A DNA stretch of 64,000 nt from the NCBI GenBank assembly GCA_965228895.1, contig OZ245842.1, positions 1 to 64,000 of the forward strand, in the 5' to 3' direction. The translations under genes were made by a program, and so were the position numbers. Positions 17,645-27,628 of the stretch are shown piece after piece (position 1 is the stretch's first letter; each line of letters opens with the position of its first letter). The stretch comes from Alphaproteobacteria bacterium (GTDB lineage Bacteria > Pseudomonadota > Alphaproteobacteria > SP197). Under the pieces are notes generated by a model that ran no database searches, was not told where the DNA came from, and saw only the letters and a list, made by a program, of their open reading frames with translations.

Positions 17645-20020
17645 TCAGCCTTCGGCTTCCCTGATCGCCCGCCACACCTTGTCCGGCGTCGCCGGCATGT
17701 CGAGTTGGTGAATGCCGAGCGGCGCCAGCGCATCGATCACGGCATTCACGACGGCGGCCGGTGCGGCGATGGTGCCGACTTCGCCAGCGCCTTTCGCGCC
17801 CAGCGGGTTGGTTGCCGTGAACGTTGGCTGCAGGTCGCTGATCAGGTCCGGCAATCGGTCGGCGCGCGGCAGTCCGTAATCCATGGGCGATCCGGTCAGC
17901 AGTTGGCCGGTGTCGGGGTCGTAGACGACCTCCTCCCACAAGGCCTGGCCGATGCCCTGGACGGCGCCGCCCTGGATCTGACCCTCGACCACCATCGGAT
18001 TGATCGCCTGGCCGACATCGTCCACGGCGACATAGCGATCCAGCCGGACGAGACCGGTCGCCGCGTCGATCTCGACCTCGGCGACGTGGACACCCATCGG
18101 CCATGTGAAATCCTTGGGATCGTAGAAACAGGCTTCTTCGAGACCCGGCTCCAGCGTGTCATGGGGAAAGTCGTCGGGCACATAGGCCTGCAGGACAACG
18201 TCGTTGAAGGCAACCTCGCGGTCGGTGCCGGCGATGTGGAAGGCGCCGTCGCGGAGCTCGATGTCGGCGGCTGACGCCTCCAGCATGTGCGCCGCGATCT
18301 GCTTGGCCTTGTCCAAGACCCGATCGGTCGCATTCAGCACCGCCGGCCCGGCAATCACCGCAGAGCGCGAGAAGAAACTGCCGAGCCCTTGCTGCACCCG
18401 ATCGGTATCGCCGAACACGACCTCGATCTGGTCGAGGCCCAGGCCCAAGCGCTCGGCGACAATCTGGGCAAACACCGTTTCGTGGCTTTGGCCATGGCTG
18501 TGGGTACCGAGAAAGAGTGTGGCCGATCCGGTCGGGTGCATGCGTAGCCGCGCGCTCTCCCAACTGCCGGTATCGATGCCGGCCCGATCGTCGCGTGCGG
18601 ACGAACAGTTGCCGCATGACGCGGCATAGGTTGCCAGGCCGAAACCGCGATAACTGCCGGCGGCGCGCGATGCCGTACGCCTTGCCTCCAGCCCACTGTG
18701 ATCAGCCAGCTCCAGGGCGCGATCGAGCAGGGCCGGCGGATCGCCGCTGTCGAAGTGCGAGCCGACCGCTGTCACATAGGGCAGGTCGCTGGGGCCCACC
18801 ATGTTCTGGCGTCTGAGATCGGCGGGGTCGCGGCCGATATCGCGCGCGGCCTGGTCAACCAGACGTTCGGTGACATAGACCGCTTCGGATCGGCCGGCAC
18901 CGCGATAGGCGTCAATCGGCACCGTGTGGGTAAAGGTCGTGTGGATCTCCGCGTGGATCGCCTCGAACCGGTAAGGGCCGGGCAGCACATAGGTCGAATA
19001 GACCGTCGGGACGGCCGAGGCGTGCTGCGACAGGTAGGCGCCCATGTTCGCGGCCGTCTCAACACGCATGGCGAGGAACCGACCGGTTTCGTCGAGCGCC
19101 AGTTCGGCATGAGTCAGATGATCGCGGCCGTGGTGATCGGCCAGAAAAGCTTCGCTGCGATCGCTGGTCCAGCGCACTGGGCGGCCCAGGCGGCGTGCCG
19201 CCCACAGGACCGTGACCTCGTCGGGATAGACGTAACATTTCATGCCGAAGCCGCCGCCGACATCGGGCGCGACAACACGCAGGTCCGTTTCCGGGATGCC
19301 GAAGACATCCGTTGCCAGCATGCGGCGCAGCTCGTGGGGCAGTTGCGTCGCGCAGACAAGCAGCAGACGCCCGTCGGACTCGACCGATCCGATCGCGATG
19401 CGCGGCTCGACCGGTGTTGGCGCAAGCCGTGTGTTGATCAGATCGAGCTTGGTGACATGGGCGGCGGTCGCGAACAGGGCATCGGTCGCGGCGCGGTCAC
19501 CGTTCGACCAGCGCAAACCGATATTGTCGGGTGCGTCCGGCCAGACGGCAGGTGCATCGGGTGCCGCGGCGGCGGCCAGGTTCGCGACCGCTGGGCGCTC
19601 GTCGAAGTCGACGTCGACCAACTCCGCGGCGTCTTTGGCCTGATCGACGGTCTCGGCGATGACGACGGCATAGGGTTCGCCGACAAACCGTACGACGTCA
19701 TCGGCAAGCGCCATATGGGGCGGCACGAACATCGGCGAGCCGTTCGCGTCGTGCAGAGTCCAGTTTATCGGGATCAATCCCAACCCGTCGGCTGCCATGT
19801 CGGCGCCGGTCAGAACCGCGACAACACCCGGTGCGGCAAGCGCGTCGTCGATCGCGTTGACCGTGACGCCGGCATGGGCATAGGGCGAGCGCAGAAAGAC
19901 CGCGTGCAACTGGCCGACGACAGGACGGTCCCCGGTATAACGCCCACGCCCGGTGATGAAACGGCGATCCTCCTTGCGTCGGACCGCCGCGCCAATGCCC
20001 TGATTGGTCACGTTCCCCAT
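17645..20020 (-). CDS. Xanthine dehydrogenase family molybdopterin-binding large subunit (CoxL form II-like)
   Basis: RKED.RF.TG.G.Y, VGGGFGMK, AYRGAGR, HGQSHET, EGQIQGG..QG, KGAGE. Confidence 0.92.
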   Translation of the reverse strand: MGNVTNQGIGAAVRRKEDRRFITGRGRYTGDRPVVGQLHAVFLRSPYAHAGVTVNAIDDALAAPGVVAVLTGADMAADGLGLIPINWTLHDANGSPMFVPPHMALADDVVRFVGEPYAVVIAETVDQAKDAAELVDVDFDERPAVANLAAAAAPDAPAVWPDAPDNIGLRWSNGDRAATDALFATAAHVTKLDLINTRLAPTPVEPRIAIGSVESDGRLLLVCATQLPHELRRMLATDVFGIPETDLRVVAPDVGGGFGMKCYVYPDEVTVLWAARRLGRPVRWTSDRSEAFLADHHGRDHLTHAELALDETGRFLAMRVETAANMGAYLSQHASAVPTVYSTYVLPGPYRFEAIHAEIHTTFTHTVPIDAYRGAGRSEAVYVTERLVDQAARDIGRDPADLRRQNMVGPSDLPYVTAVGSHFDSGDPPALLDRALELADHSGLEARRTASRAAGSYRGFGLATYAASCGNCSSARDDRAGIDTGSWESARLRMHPTGSATLFLGTHSHGQSHETVFAQIVAERLGLGLDQIEVVFGDTDRVQQGLGSFFSRSAVIAGPAVLNATDRVLDKAKQIAAHMLEASAADIELRDGAFHIAGTDREVAFNDVVLQAYVPDDFPHDTLEPGLEEACFYDPKDFTWPMGVHVAEVEIDAATGLVRLDRYVAVDDVGQAINPMVVEGQIQGGAVQGIGQALWEEVVYDPDTGQLLTGSPMDYGLPRADRLPDLISDLQPTFTATNPLGAKGAGEVGTIAAPAAVVNAVIDALAPLGIHQLDMPATPDKVWRAIREAEG

Positions 20021-20119
20021 TCCATGGGACGCAGACTAGCGTGCCCGCGTGTTCCAACGCCAGCACTGGACCGCCCGTTGCGTGACTCATAGAGTTGCCG
20101 CAGCGAGGGGAGAGGTTTC

Positions 20120-21562
20120 ATGGCGGAGCACGGTGTTGTCATCAAGGGCGGTTGGGTCATCGACGGCACCGGCCGGGATCGCTACCGCGCCGATGTGGCG
20201 ATTGACGATGATCGAATCGCGGCAGTCGGTGATCTGGGCGATGCGAACGCCGAGACCGTGATCGACGCGGCGGATCGCGTTGTTGCGCCCGGCTTCATCG
20301 ATGTCCACACCCATGACGACCGCATGCTGCGCGATGCCGGCGACATGACGCCCAAGGTCAGCCAGGGCGTGACCACCGTCGTGGCGGGCAATTGCGGTGT
20401 CAGTCTGGCGCCCTTTGTCGCGACCGAGCGGCCGATCGAACCGCTCGATCTGGTTGGCGACGAGTCGGCCTTCCGCTACCCGACCTTCGCGTCCTTCGTC
20501 GATGACCTCACGCACCAGCAACCGTCAACCAACGCGGCTCTGCTGGTCGGTCACGGCACGCTGCGGGTCTCGACCATGGACGACACGCAACGTCCGGCGA
20601 CCGACGACGAGATTGAAACGATGCGCGGCAAGGTCGGTGAGGCCATGGATTCGGGCGCGGTCGGCCTTTCCACCGGCCTTGAGTACCCGCCGGCGCGCAT
20701 GAGCGAAACGCCGGAGATCATTCGCCTGGCCGAGGTCGCGGGCCAGAAGGGCGGCATTTATGCGACCCACATGCGCAACTATGCCGAGGACGCGCGAAGC
20801 TCCATGGACGAGGCCATGCAGATCGGCCGCGAAGCCAAGCTGCCGGTGATCGTCTCGCACTTTCACTGCCACACCGATGACAACCCCGGCATCTGTTCCG
20901 AGGCGCTTCGATGGTACGAGACCGCGCGCGAGAACCAGGACGTCGTCGTCGATGCCTATCCCTATGAGGCCAGCAGCACGTCGATCCTGCCGGAGTTTGT
21001 CATGAAGCGGACGAAGGCGCTGGTGACCTGGTCGAAGCCGCACCCGGAGATGGACGGCAAGTACCTGCATGAGATCGCCGAAGAATGGGGCACCGATGTG
21101 ATAGACGCGGCCAGGCGACTGGCGCCGGGCGGCGCGATCTATTTCGGCCGTGACGAAGAGAACGTCAAACGTCTGATGACCCATCAAGGCGTCATCATCG
21201 GTTCCGACGGCATCCCGATGAACCCGCATCCCCATCCGCGTCTGTGGGGGACGTTTCCGCGCGTGCTCGGCCACTACGCGCGCGAGCTCGGTTTGATGAC
21301 CATGGAAGACGCCATCCATCGCATGACGGGAGCATCAGCCGAGCGGTTCGGCCTCACCGATCGCGGACATGTCGCCAAGGGCAGTTTTGCCGATCTTGTC
21401 GTCTTCGATCCCGCGGCGATTGCCGACACCGCGACCTTCATGGAACCGGAACAGCCGGCGGCGGGAATCGACCATGTCATCGTCAACGGCGTCCCGGTCT
21501 GGCAGGCCGGTTGCCACACCGGCGCCGGGCCCGGCCGTATCGTCGGCCAACGCCAAACCTAG
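20120..21562 (+). CDS. N-acyl-D-amino-acid deacylase (D-aminoacylase) family amidohydrolase
   Basis: PGFIDVHTHDD, GNCG, YATHMR, VSH, GSDG..HPRLWGTFPR. Confidence 0.92.
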   Translation: MAEHGVVIKGGWVIDGTGRDRYRADVAIDDDRIAAVGDLGDANAETVIDAADRVVAPGFIDVHTHDDRMLRDAGDMTPKVSQGVTTVVAGNCGVSLAPFVATERPIEPLDLVGDESAFRYPTFASFVDDLTHQQPSTNAALLVGHGTLRVSTMDDTQRPATDDEIETMRGKVGEAMDSGAVGLSTGLEYPPARMSETPEIIRLAEVAGQKGGIYATHMRNYAEDARSSMDEAMQIGREAKLPVIVSHFHCHTDDNPGICSEALRWYETARENQDVVVDAYPYEASSTSILPEFVMKRTKALVTWSKPHPEMDGKYLHEIAEEWGTDVIDAARRLAPGGAIYFGRDEENVKRLMTHQGVIIGSDGIPMNPHPHPRLWGTFPRVLGHYARELGLMTMEDAIHRMTGASAERFGLTDRGHVAKGSFADLVVFDPAAIADTATFMEPEQPAAGIDHVIVNGVPVWQAGCHTGAGPGRIVGQRQT

Positions 21563-21566
21563 TCTC

Positions 21567-22070
21567 GTGTCCGAGCAGGCGATCACACTCAAAGACGGAC
21601 GTGTGGTTCGCGTGCGCGCCGGTGTCCCAGAGGATGGTGAGGCGCTGCTTGAACTGCACCACGCCTCGATCCTCTCCTTAGGTCAGGGCTCTTACACGAG
21701 AGCGGAGCTCGACGATTGGGCATCCGGTCTGACACCGGAAGGCTATGGCGAGGCGATGACGGAAGAAGACTTTCTGGTTGCCGAGGCAGTGACAGATGGT
21801 GGGCTCGCGGGATTTGCGTCCTTCAAGTCTGACGAGATTGTCGGCTTCTACGTCCACCCGAACTGGGCGCGCTGCGGTCTTGGCAGTCTGCTGTTGCGAC
21901 ACGCCGAAGCTGCCATTGTTGCTGGCGGGCATACCTCCATTCGCATCGAGGCCAGCTTGAGCGGCCTGCCATTCTACGAAACACGCGGTTTTCAATCCGT
22001 TCGCCGCAAGCCTTACACGACACGCGGTGGGCTGGTCGTCGATATTGTCGAGATGACGAAAGACCTTTGA
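21567..22070 (+). CDS. GNAT family N-acetyltransferase
   Basis: YVHP..ARCGLGS acetyl-CoA loop, AS..G.PFYETRGF; GTG start 4 nt after the upstream stop. Confidence 0.8.
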   Translation: MSEQAITLKDGRVVRVRAGVPEDGEALLELHHASILSLGQGSYTRAELDDWASGLTPEGYGEAMTEEDFLVAEAVTDGGLAGFASFKSDEIVGFYVHPNWARCGLGSLLLRHAEAAIVAGGHTSIRIEASLSGLPFYETRGFQSVRRKPYTTRGGLVVDIVEMTKDL

Positions 22071-22079
22071 CGACGATGC

Positions 22080-23537
22080 TTAGAACGCCTTGACGTTCTT
22101 GCCGATCAATCGCTTGAGCCATGGCACCATCACCAGCAGCAACAAGCCGCTGGCGACACCGATCCAGCCATAGATGCTGAAACCGCTCTCGTAGATGTCG
22201 TTCGTCGCGACAGCCTTCGTATCCTTCGGTACGGCCGCGACGTCAGCCAACACGCCGCTCAAGTACAACCCACCTGCGGTGGCGAGGTACCAGATACCCA
22301 TGGCGAGTCCGGTCAGGTTTCGTGGCGCGAGATCGGACACCATGGCGAGCCCGACCGGCGACAACACCATCTCGCCTAACGTGAACAGGAAGAAAAATAG
22401 GATCAGCCATTCCCACGGCACCCGGTCCGTTGATGTTGCTATGCCGAGCACAAGGACGAAAAAGCATGCGCCGATGAGGAACAGACCCATGACAAACTTC
22501 AGCGGGATCGATGGATTGAGTCCACGCTTGGCAAGCCATATCCAAAGGGCAGCCAGCGGCATGCCCAACATCAGGATGAAGAGTGGGTTGAACGCCTGAA
22601 AGGCCGTCGGCGGAATGGTGAGATCAAAGATGGTTCGGTCGACGCTGCGTTCGACAAACAGCATGAACGATGAGTCGACCTCCATGTAAACGGCCCAGAA
22701 CACAATCGAAAAGGCGGAAAGGATGGCGAGTGCGATGATTCGGCGCCTGATGTTGCGGCCCTCGCGCCAGCCTTCGTAGATGAAATAGGCGAAGGCAAGG
22801 ATGCCGACCACCGCGAGCACCTCGCCGGCGGCCACGTCGTGCATCATGAAGAAGGTGGCGATTACCGCTGTCGCGACACACCCGATCAAGACCAACCCGA
22901 AAACGGGAATGCCGAAATGACGCTCTTTGAGAACCTCTGGATTCGGCGCGTGTCCGGCATCGTTGAGCCATCGCTGTCCGAAAGCGAAGGTCAGGAATGC
23001 GATCAGCTTGCCGATGCCGGCAAGACCGAAGGCCCAGTTATAGCCGACCTCTGTGGCGATCCAGCCCGCGATCAGGAAGGCGGTAAACGAGCCGACGTTG
23101 ATACCCAGATAGAAGATGGTGAAACCGCTTTCCAGGCGCGGATCGTTGTCGTCATAGAGATGGCCCAGAAGCGCGCTGGTGTTGGGTTTGAAGAAGCCGT
23201 TGCCGACAATGAGAATGCCGAGTGAGACAGGGATTAGACTTGCGTCGCCAATTGTCAGCGACAGGTATCCAGCGCTCATGATCAAGGCGCCGAGCAGGAT
23301 AGCGCTTCTGAAACCGATTAGCCGGTCTGCCAGGTAACCGCCAATCAAGGGCGTGACATAGAGGAACGACGCAAACGCACCGAACAGCAGCGTCGCCGTG
23401 TCATCCGTGACCTTGAGGTCCTGTGTCAGATAGAGCACGAAGAGGCCGGCAAGCGTATAGAAGCCGAAACGTTCCCACATCTCGGTCAAGAAGAGGACAT
23501 AGAGCCCCTTCGGCTGCTTCCGTTTCACCGCGCTCAT
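22080..23537 (-). CDS. POT/PTR family proton-dependent oligopeptide transporter
   Basis: EMWERFGFY (ExxERFxY), GGYLADR, GNGFFKPN, FYLGINVGS, GEMVLSPVG. Confidence 0.95.
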   Translation of the reverse strand: MSAVKRKQPKGLYVLFLTEMWERFGFYTLAGLFVLYLTQDLKVTDDTATLLFGAFASFLYVTPLIGGYLADRLIGFRSAILLGALIMSAGYLSLTIGDASLIPVSLGILIVGNGFFKPNTSALLGHLYDDNDPRLESGFTIFYLGINVGSFTAFLIAGWIATEVGYNWAFGLAGIGKLIAFLTFAFGQRWLNDAGHAPNPEVLKERHFGIPVFGLVLIGCVATAVIATFFMMHDVAAGEVLAVVGILAFAYFIYEGWREGRNIRRRIIALAILSAFSIVFWAVYMEVDSSFMLFVERSVDRTIFDLTIPPTAFQAFNPLFILMLGMPLAALWIWLAKRGLNPSIPLKFVMGLFLIGACFFVLVLGIATSTDRVPWEWLILFFFLFTLGEMVLSPVGLAMVSDLAPRNLTGLAMGIWYLATAGGLYLSGVLADVAAVPKDTKAVATNDIYESGFSIYGWIGVASGLLLLVMVPWLKRLIGKNVKAF

Positions 23538-23657
23538 GCCGGATGCCCCGCACTACGACCGCGACAGTATGTCGGTTCCGAAGACGGGTGGACAGCGCCA
23601 AGAGCGAAGGAAAGGAAGGCCCCGAACGGAGTCTCCCTACCTCAATCAGCCCCGGAT

Positions 23658-23797
23658 CTAGAGCGGATCATGGTTAGATGGAACCGCTTGACGGTCCCAT
23701 CTAACCATGTGAATCCGCTCATTATCAATGAGTAGAGCAGATTCACCTGTTTTGATGTCATCGCGAAGCGATTCCATCAAAACAGGATCTGCTCTAG
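23658..23797. repeat. Composite TAGAGC hairpin element, reverse orientation relative to 8759-8897
   Basis: CTAGAGCGGATC-16bp stem-GTGAATCCGCTC...TAGAGCAGATTCAC...GATCTGCTCTAG; the right CTAG contains the SBP stop. Confidence 0.85.
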
Positions 23798-25386
23798 GCA
23801 GGCCTGAAGTATCTGAGCATCTGATTCTGGCCGTCGGGGCCAAGCGCCGGCACGATGTTCTTGTTGTTGTAAATGTAGGCGTTGACGCCGTGGGTCAGGA
23901 ACAGATAAGCGCCTGACTCCTCCATCAGATCCTGCATGCGTTCGTAGATCGCCTGACGTTTCTCAGGATCGGTCTCCCGCAGGCCTTCGGTGTTGAGTTC
24001 CTCGAACTCCGTGCTGTCAAAGCGCTCCCAGTTCCAGATGCCGATCTGGCCAGGCGTGAACCATTCCGTCGCCCAACTGGGATCCGGCGCCATGGTATAG
24101 CGCATCAAGGTCAACTGGTTGGTCATCACCGATGGGCTGTCGGCGAAACCCAGCGTCCAGAACGTACCGGAATCGTGTGGCGTTACCGATACTTCCAGGC
24201 CGATTTCCGAGAGGTTCGCGGCAATGACCTGCGCCGCCGATTGGGACCACGTCACGTTCTGGGCGGCGATGTCGAGCTGGGTGCCTTCGTGGCCGCCTTC
24301 TTCGACGAGGCGTCGGGCTTCATCGAGATCCATGCCATAGAGACGCGCATCGCGATGGCCGATCAGGCCGGGCGCGATGATGCCAGTCGATGCCTCGGCC
24401 TGGCCAAAGAAGGCCGCTTCAATGACCTCGTCGACATTAACGGCAAGTTGGATCGCGCGGCGCAGATTGATGTCCTGGAGCGGACCCGGCGAACCGTCGT
24501 CCAACTGCTGATCCATGTTCATGCCGAGCCAGATATAGGCGTTCGGCGGGAACGTCAGCAAGGTCGTGTCGGCCGGCATGTCGGCTTCGATATCGGGAAT
24601 CGAGCTCGCCTCGACACGGGTGATGTCGACCTCGCCGGCTGCATAGGCGATCTCGCCCGCCTTGTCGTCCTCGATCGGGAGGACCATCAGCTCGTCGAAC
24701 GGCGCTCTTTCGAATGGCCAGTTCGGGTTCGGTTCCAGGATCATGCGCTGTTTGGGCACCCATTCGCGAATGCGGTAGGGGCCGTTATAGGCCGGCATTT
24801 CGGTGGTCCATCGTTTCTCCGGCAACGCCTCGGTTGCCGCCTTGCACACGATGTCGCCGGAACCATAGGGCAGCGAACTGTTCCAAAGCGCGGCGAACGG
24901 CTCCTTCAGATGAATCACACCGGTATAGTCGTCGATGATCTCGACTTCCTTCAGCGACTGCCAGTCGACCACATAGTCGGCCTCTAGTCCGGTGATGCCG
25001 GCGATGCGCTCAAAGGAATACTTCACGTCCTCGGTCGTCGTCTCGCCCCAGCCGTCGGACCACGGCACGCCCTTCTTGATCGTGAACTTGATGGTCAGGG
25101 GGTCGATTTCATCGATTTCCTCGGCGAACTCCAGCTCCAGTTCCCAATTGGGATCATTGGGTTTGAAATGGACCAGCCGGTTCAATGTGCAGTGCATGAT
25201 GTCGTCATCCGCACCGGATAACCGGAAGGCAGGATCCAGAACCTGAATGTCTGCATAAGTTCTGATGCGTGTCGACGTACTCTGGGCGCTGGCAGCTTGC
25301 GGCAGGCCTGCGGCGGCAACCGCGCCGGCTGCGGCACCGGTCTTCAGAACCTGGCGCCGCTCCAGGTTGAACCATTCGATTGTCAT
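23794..25386 (-). CDS. ABC transporter substrate-binding protein, family 5 (Opp/Dpp-like), Tat-exported
   Basis: ERRQVLK Tat motif, LDP, EDVKYSFER, GPY, LRRAI..A. Confidence 0.92.
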   Translation of the reverse strand: MTIEWFNLERRQVLKTGAAAGAVAAAGLPQAASAQSTSTRIRTYADIQVLDPAFRLSGADDDIMHCTLNRLVHFKPNDPNWELELEFAEEIDEIDPLTIKFTIKKGVPWSDGWGETTTEDVKYSFERIAGITGLEADYVVDWQSLKEVEIIDDYTGVIHLKEPFAALWNSSLPYGSGDIVCKAATEALPEKRWTTEMPAYNGPYRIREWVPKQRMILEPNPNWPFERAPFDELMVLPIEDDKAGEIAYAAGEVDITRVEASSIPDIEADMPADTTLLTFPPNAYIWLGMNMDQQLDDGSPGPLQDINLRRAIQLAVNVDEVIEAAFFGQAEASTGIIAPGLIGHRDARLYGMDLDEARRLVEEGGHEGTQLDIAAQNVTWSQSAAQVIAANLSEIGLEVSVTPHDSGTFWTLGFADSPSVMTNQLTLMRYTMAPDPSWATEWFTPGQIGIWNWERFDSTEFEELNTEGLRETDPEKRQAIYERMQDLMEESGAYLFLTHGVNAYIYNNKNIVPALGPDGQNQMLRYFRPA

Positions 25387-25523
25387 GGTGCTTTCCTCCC
25401 CGGTTAGGCGGTCGGGTTTTTTGTTTTTGACCGCTGAGTTGCCAATTCTATGGACAAATCGGTTGTCGCACCATGCCGAAACGTGCGGTCATGATGGGGC
25501 GGGTTCAGATAGGGAGATTTGCC

Positions 25524-27545
25524 ATGGCCAAGGTTGTCACACGGTTTGCGCGGCGGGTGCGCGAGATCGAGAACGTTTGGATCCCGATGCCTGACGGCAC
25601 CAGGCTCGCGGCGCGAATCTGGCTGCCCGACGATGCCGAGAAAAGCCCGGTGCCCGCCGTGCTGGAGTTCATCCCCTATCGCAAACGCGATTTCACGGCG
25701 ATGGGCGATGCGCTGCACCATCCCTACATGGCCGGTCATGGCTATGCGGCCGTGCGCTGCGATTTGCGCGGTAATGGCGACAGCGAAGGTCTGTTCGACG
25801 ACGAGTATTCGGCCCAGGAACTCGACGACGGCTATCACGTCGTCCAGTGGCTGGCCGAGCAGCCGTGGTGCACGGGCGCGGTCGGCATGATGGGGATCAG
25901 TTGGGGCGGCTTTAACTGCCTGCAGGTCGCGGCGCTCCAGCCGCCCGCGTTGAAGGCGATCTATTCGGTGTGTTCGACCGATGACCGTTATGCCGACGAC
26001 GTCCATTACCAGGGCGGCTGCCTGATCAGCGAAAACGTCAACTGGGGTGCGACCATGTCCAGCTTCGCCATGCGTCCGCCCGATCCCCTGATCGTCGGCG
26101 AGCGCTGGCGTGATATGTGGCGGGAACGTCTGGAGGCGGCGCCCAATCTCGTCTTGAACTGGATGAGCCACCAGCGCCGCGACGCCTTCTGGAAACACGG
26201 CTCGGTGTGCGAGGACTATGGCGCCATCAAAGCCGCGGTCTATGCGGTCGGTGGCTGGGCTGACGGTTACACCAACGCCATCTTCCGCCTGATGGCGGGG
26301 CTGACGGCACCGGCCAAGGCGCTGGTCGGGCCGTGGTCCCACGCTTATCCGTGGAAGGCCAAACCCGAACCTTCGATCGGCGGGCTGCAGGATCTCGTCC
26401 GCTGGTGGGACCATTGGCTGAAGGGCCGGGACACCGGCATGATGGACGAACCCAAACTGCGTATCTGGATGCAGGAGAGCGTGCCGCCCCGGACCTTCTA
26501 TGACGAAAGGCCGGGCCGCTGGATCGCCGAAGACGCTTGGCCAAGCGCCACCATTACGCCGCGCCGTTATCACCTCAATCCCGGCGCACTGGATACCAAG
26601 GCGAAACGCGAACAGGCGATGAGCCACCGTTCCGAGCAGATTGCCGGTGCAATTCATGCGGATTGGTGTCCCTATGGCTACGAGGCCGAAATGCCGTCCG
26701 ACCAGCGCGAGGAAGACGGCCGGTCGTTGTCGTTCGATACCCCGCCACTCGGCAGCCGGACGGAAATCCTCGGCGCGCCGGTCGTGGAGCTGGAGCTCGC
26801 ATCCGACCGTCCCCAGGCGTTTGTTTATGTGCGTCTCAATGACGTCGCGCCGGATGGCGCGTCGACGCGGGTCACCTATGGTCTGTTGAACCTGACCCAC
26901 CGCGACAGCCACGAAACACCGGCGCTGCTGGAGCCCGGCAAACGCTACCGTGTGTCCGTGCAGCTCAACGATATCGCCCATGTCTTCCCACGCGGTCATC
27001 GCGTGCGGCTGACGGTTCAGACGAACTGTTGGCCCCACGTGCTGCCGTCACCGGAACCGGTCACGCTGACCGTTTTCAGCGGCGCCAGCTCACTGGATCT
27101 GCCGGTCCGTCCCAAGCAGCCGGGCGACAAACGTCTGAAGCCGTTCGCCAAGCCGGAGACGGCAGCGCCCATGGCGGTGACCACCCATCGGCCCTATCAC
27201 CGTGCGCGGCGGATGGCCCGCGACTTCGTGTCGGGAGAGACGGCCGTCGAGATGATCAAGGATCGCGGTGAGCATATGCTGCACGACATCGGCGTGACCT
27301 ATTCGGGCGGCGGGCGCGAACGCTACACGATCGTCGATGACGACCCGCTCTCCGCGCGCGCTGAGGTCAGTTACACGATCTCGATCAAACGCGACGACGA
27401 CTACGACGTCCGGGTCGAGACCGTGTTCGCGCTTTCAGCGACCGCGACCGAGTTTGTTCTGACCAGCAGGGCCGAAGCCTTTGATCGGGGCGTCAGGACG
27501 TGGACGCGCAGTTGGGACAAGCGGGTGCCCCGGGATTTCACTTGA
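25524..27545 (+). CDS. CocE/NonD family hydrolase (S15-like peptidase/esterase)
   Basis: MPDGTRLAA, PYRKRD, DLRG.GDSEG, GISWGG, GGWADGY, GPWSH; GGGAG RBS. Confidence 0.92.
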   Translation: MAKVVTRFARRVREIENVWIPMPDGTRLAARIWLPDDAEKSPVPAVLEFIPYRKRDFTAMGDALHHPYMAGHGYAAVRCDLRGNGDSEGLFDDEYSAQELDDGYHVVQWLAEQPWCTGAVGMMGISWGGFNCLQVAALQPPALKAIYSVCSTDDRYADDVHYQGGCLISENVNWGATMSSFAMRPPDPLIVGERWRDMWRERLEAAPNLVLNWMSHQRRDAFWKHGSVCEDYGAIKAAVYAVGGWADGYTNAIFRLMAGLTAPAKALVGPWSHAYPWKAKPEPSIGGLQDLVRWWDHWLKGRDTGMMDEPKLRIWMQESVPPRTFYDERPGRWIAEDAWPSATITPRRYHLNPGALDTKAKREQAMSHRSEQIAGAIHADWCPYGYEAEMPSDQREEDGRSLSFDTPPLGSRTEILGAPVVELELASDRPQAFVYVRLNDVAPDGASTRVTYGLLNLTHRDSHETPALLEPGKRYRVSVQLNDIAHVFPRGHRVRLTVQTNCWPHVLPSPEPVTLTVFSGASSLDLPVRPKQPGDKRLKPFAKPETAAPMAVTTHRPYHRARRMARDFVSGETAVEMIKDRGEHMLHDIGVTYSGGGRERYTIVDDDPLSARAEVSYTISIKRDDDYDVRVETVFALSATATEFVLTSRAEAFDRGVRTWTRSWDKRVPRDFT

Positions 27546-27562
27546 TCTGACGGGAACGCCTG

Positions 27563-27602
27563 CTTGACGGGGCAGGGCAGGCCTGTGAGGATTTCCGACA
27601 AC
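27563..27602 (+). promoter_or_regulatory. Candidate promoter of SBP copy 1
   Basis: CTTGACG-N17-GAGGATTTCCGACAAC, conserved upstream of the paralog at 29315-29355. Confidence 0.5.
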
Positions 27603-27628
27603 TAGAACATTGTGTCGGGGAGGCACCT

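Noticed and set aside
17645-20020. True aerobic CO dehydrogenase (form I CoxL)
   Set aside because: Active-site loop is AYRGAGR, not AYxCSFR; no coxMS or accessory genes.
21369-21566. N-terminal extension or frameshift fusion of the GNAT with the D-aminoacylase
   Set aside because: The extension is low-complexity alternate-frame sequence; the deacylase ends normally and a GTG follows 4 nt later.
8759-23797. CRISPR array or integron attC sites as explanation for the hairpins
   Set aside because: Copies are dispersed, without repeat-spacer periodicity, cas genes, integrase or RYYYAAC/GTTRRRY ends.
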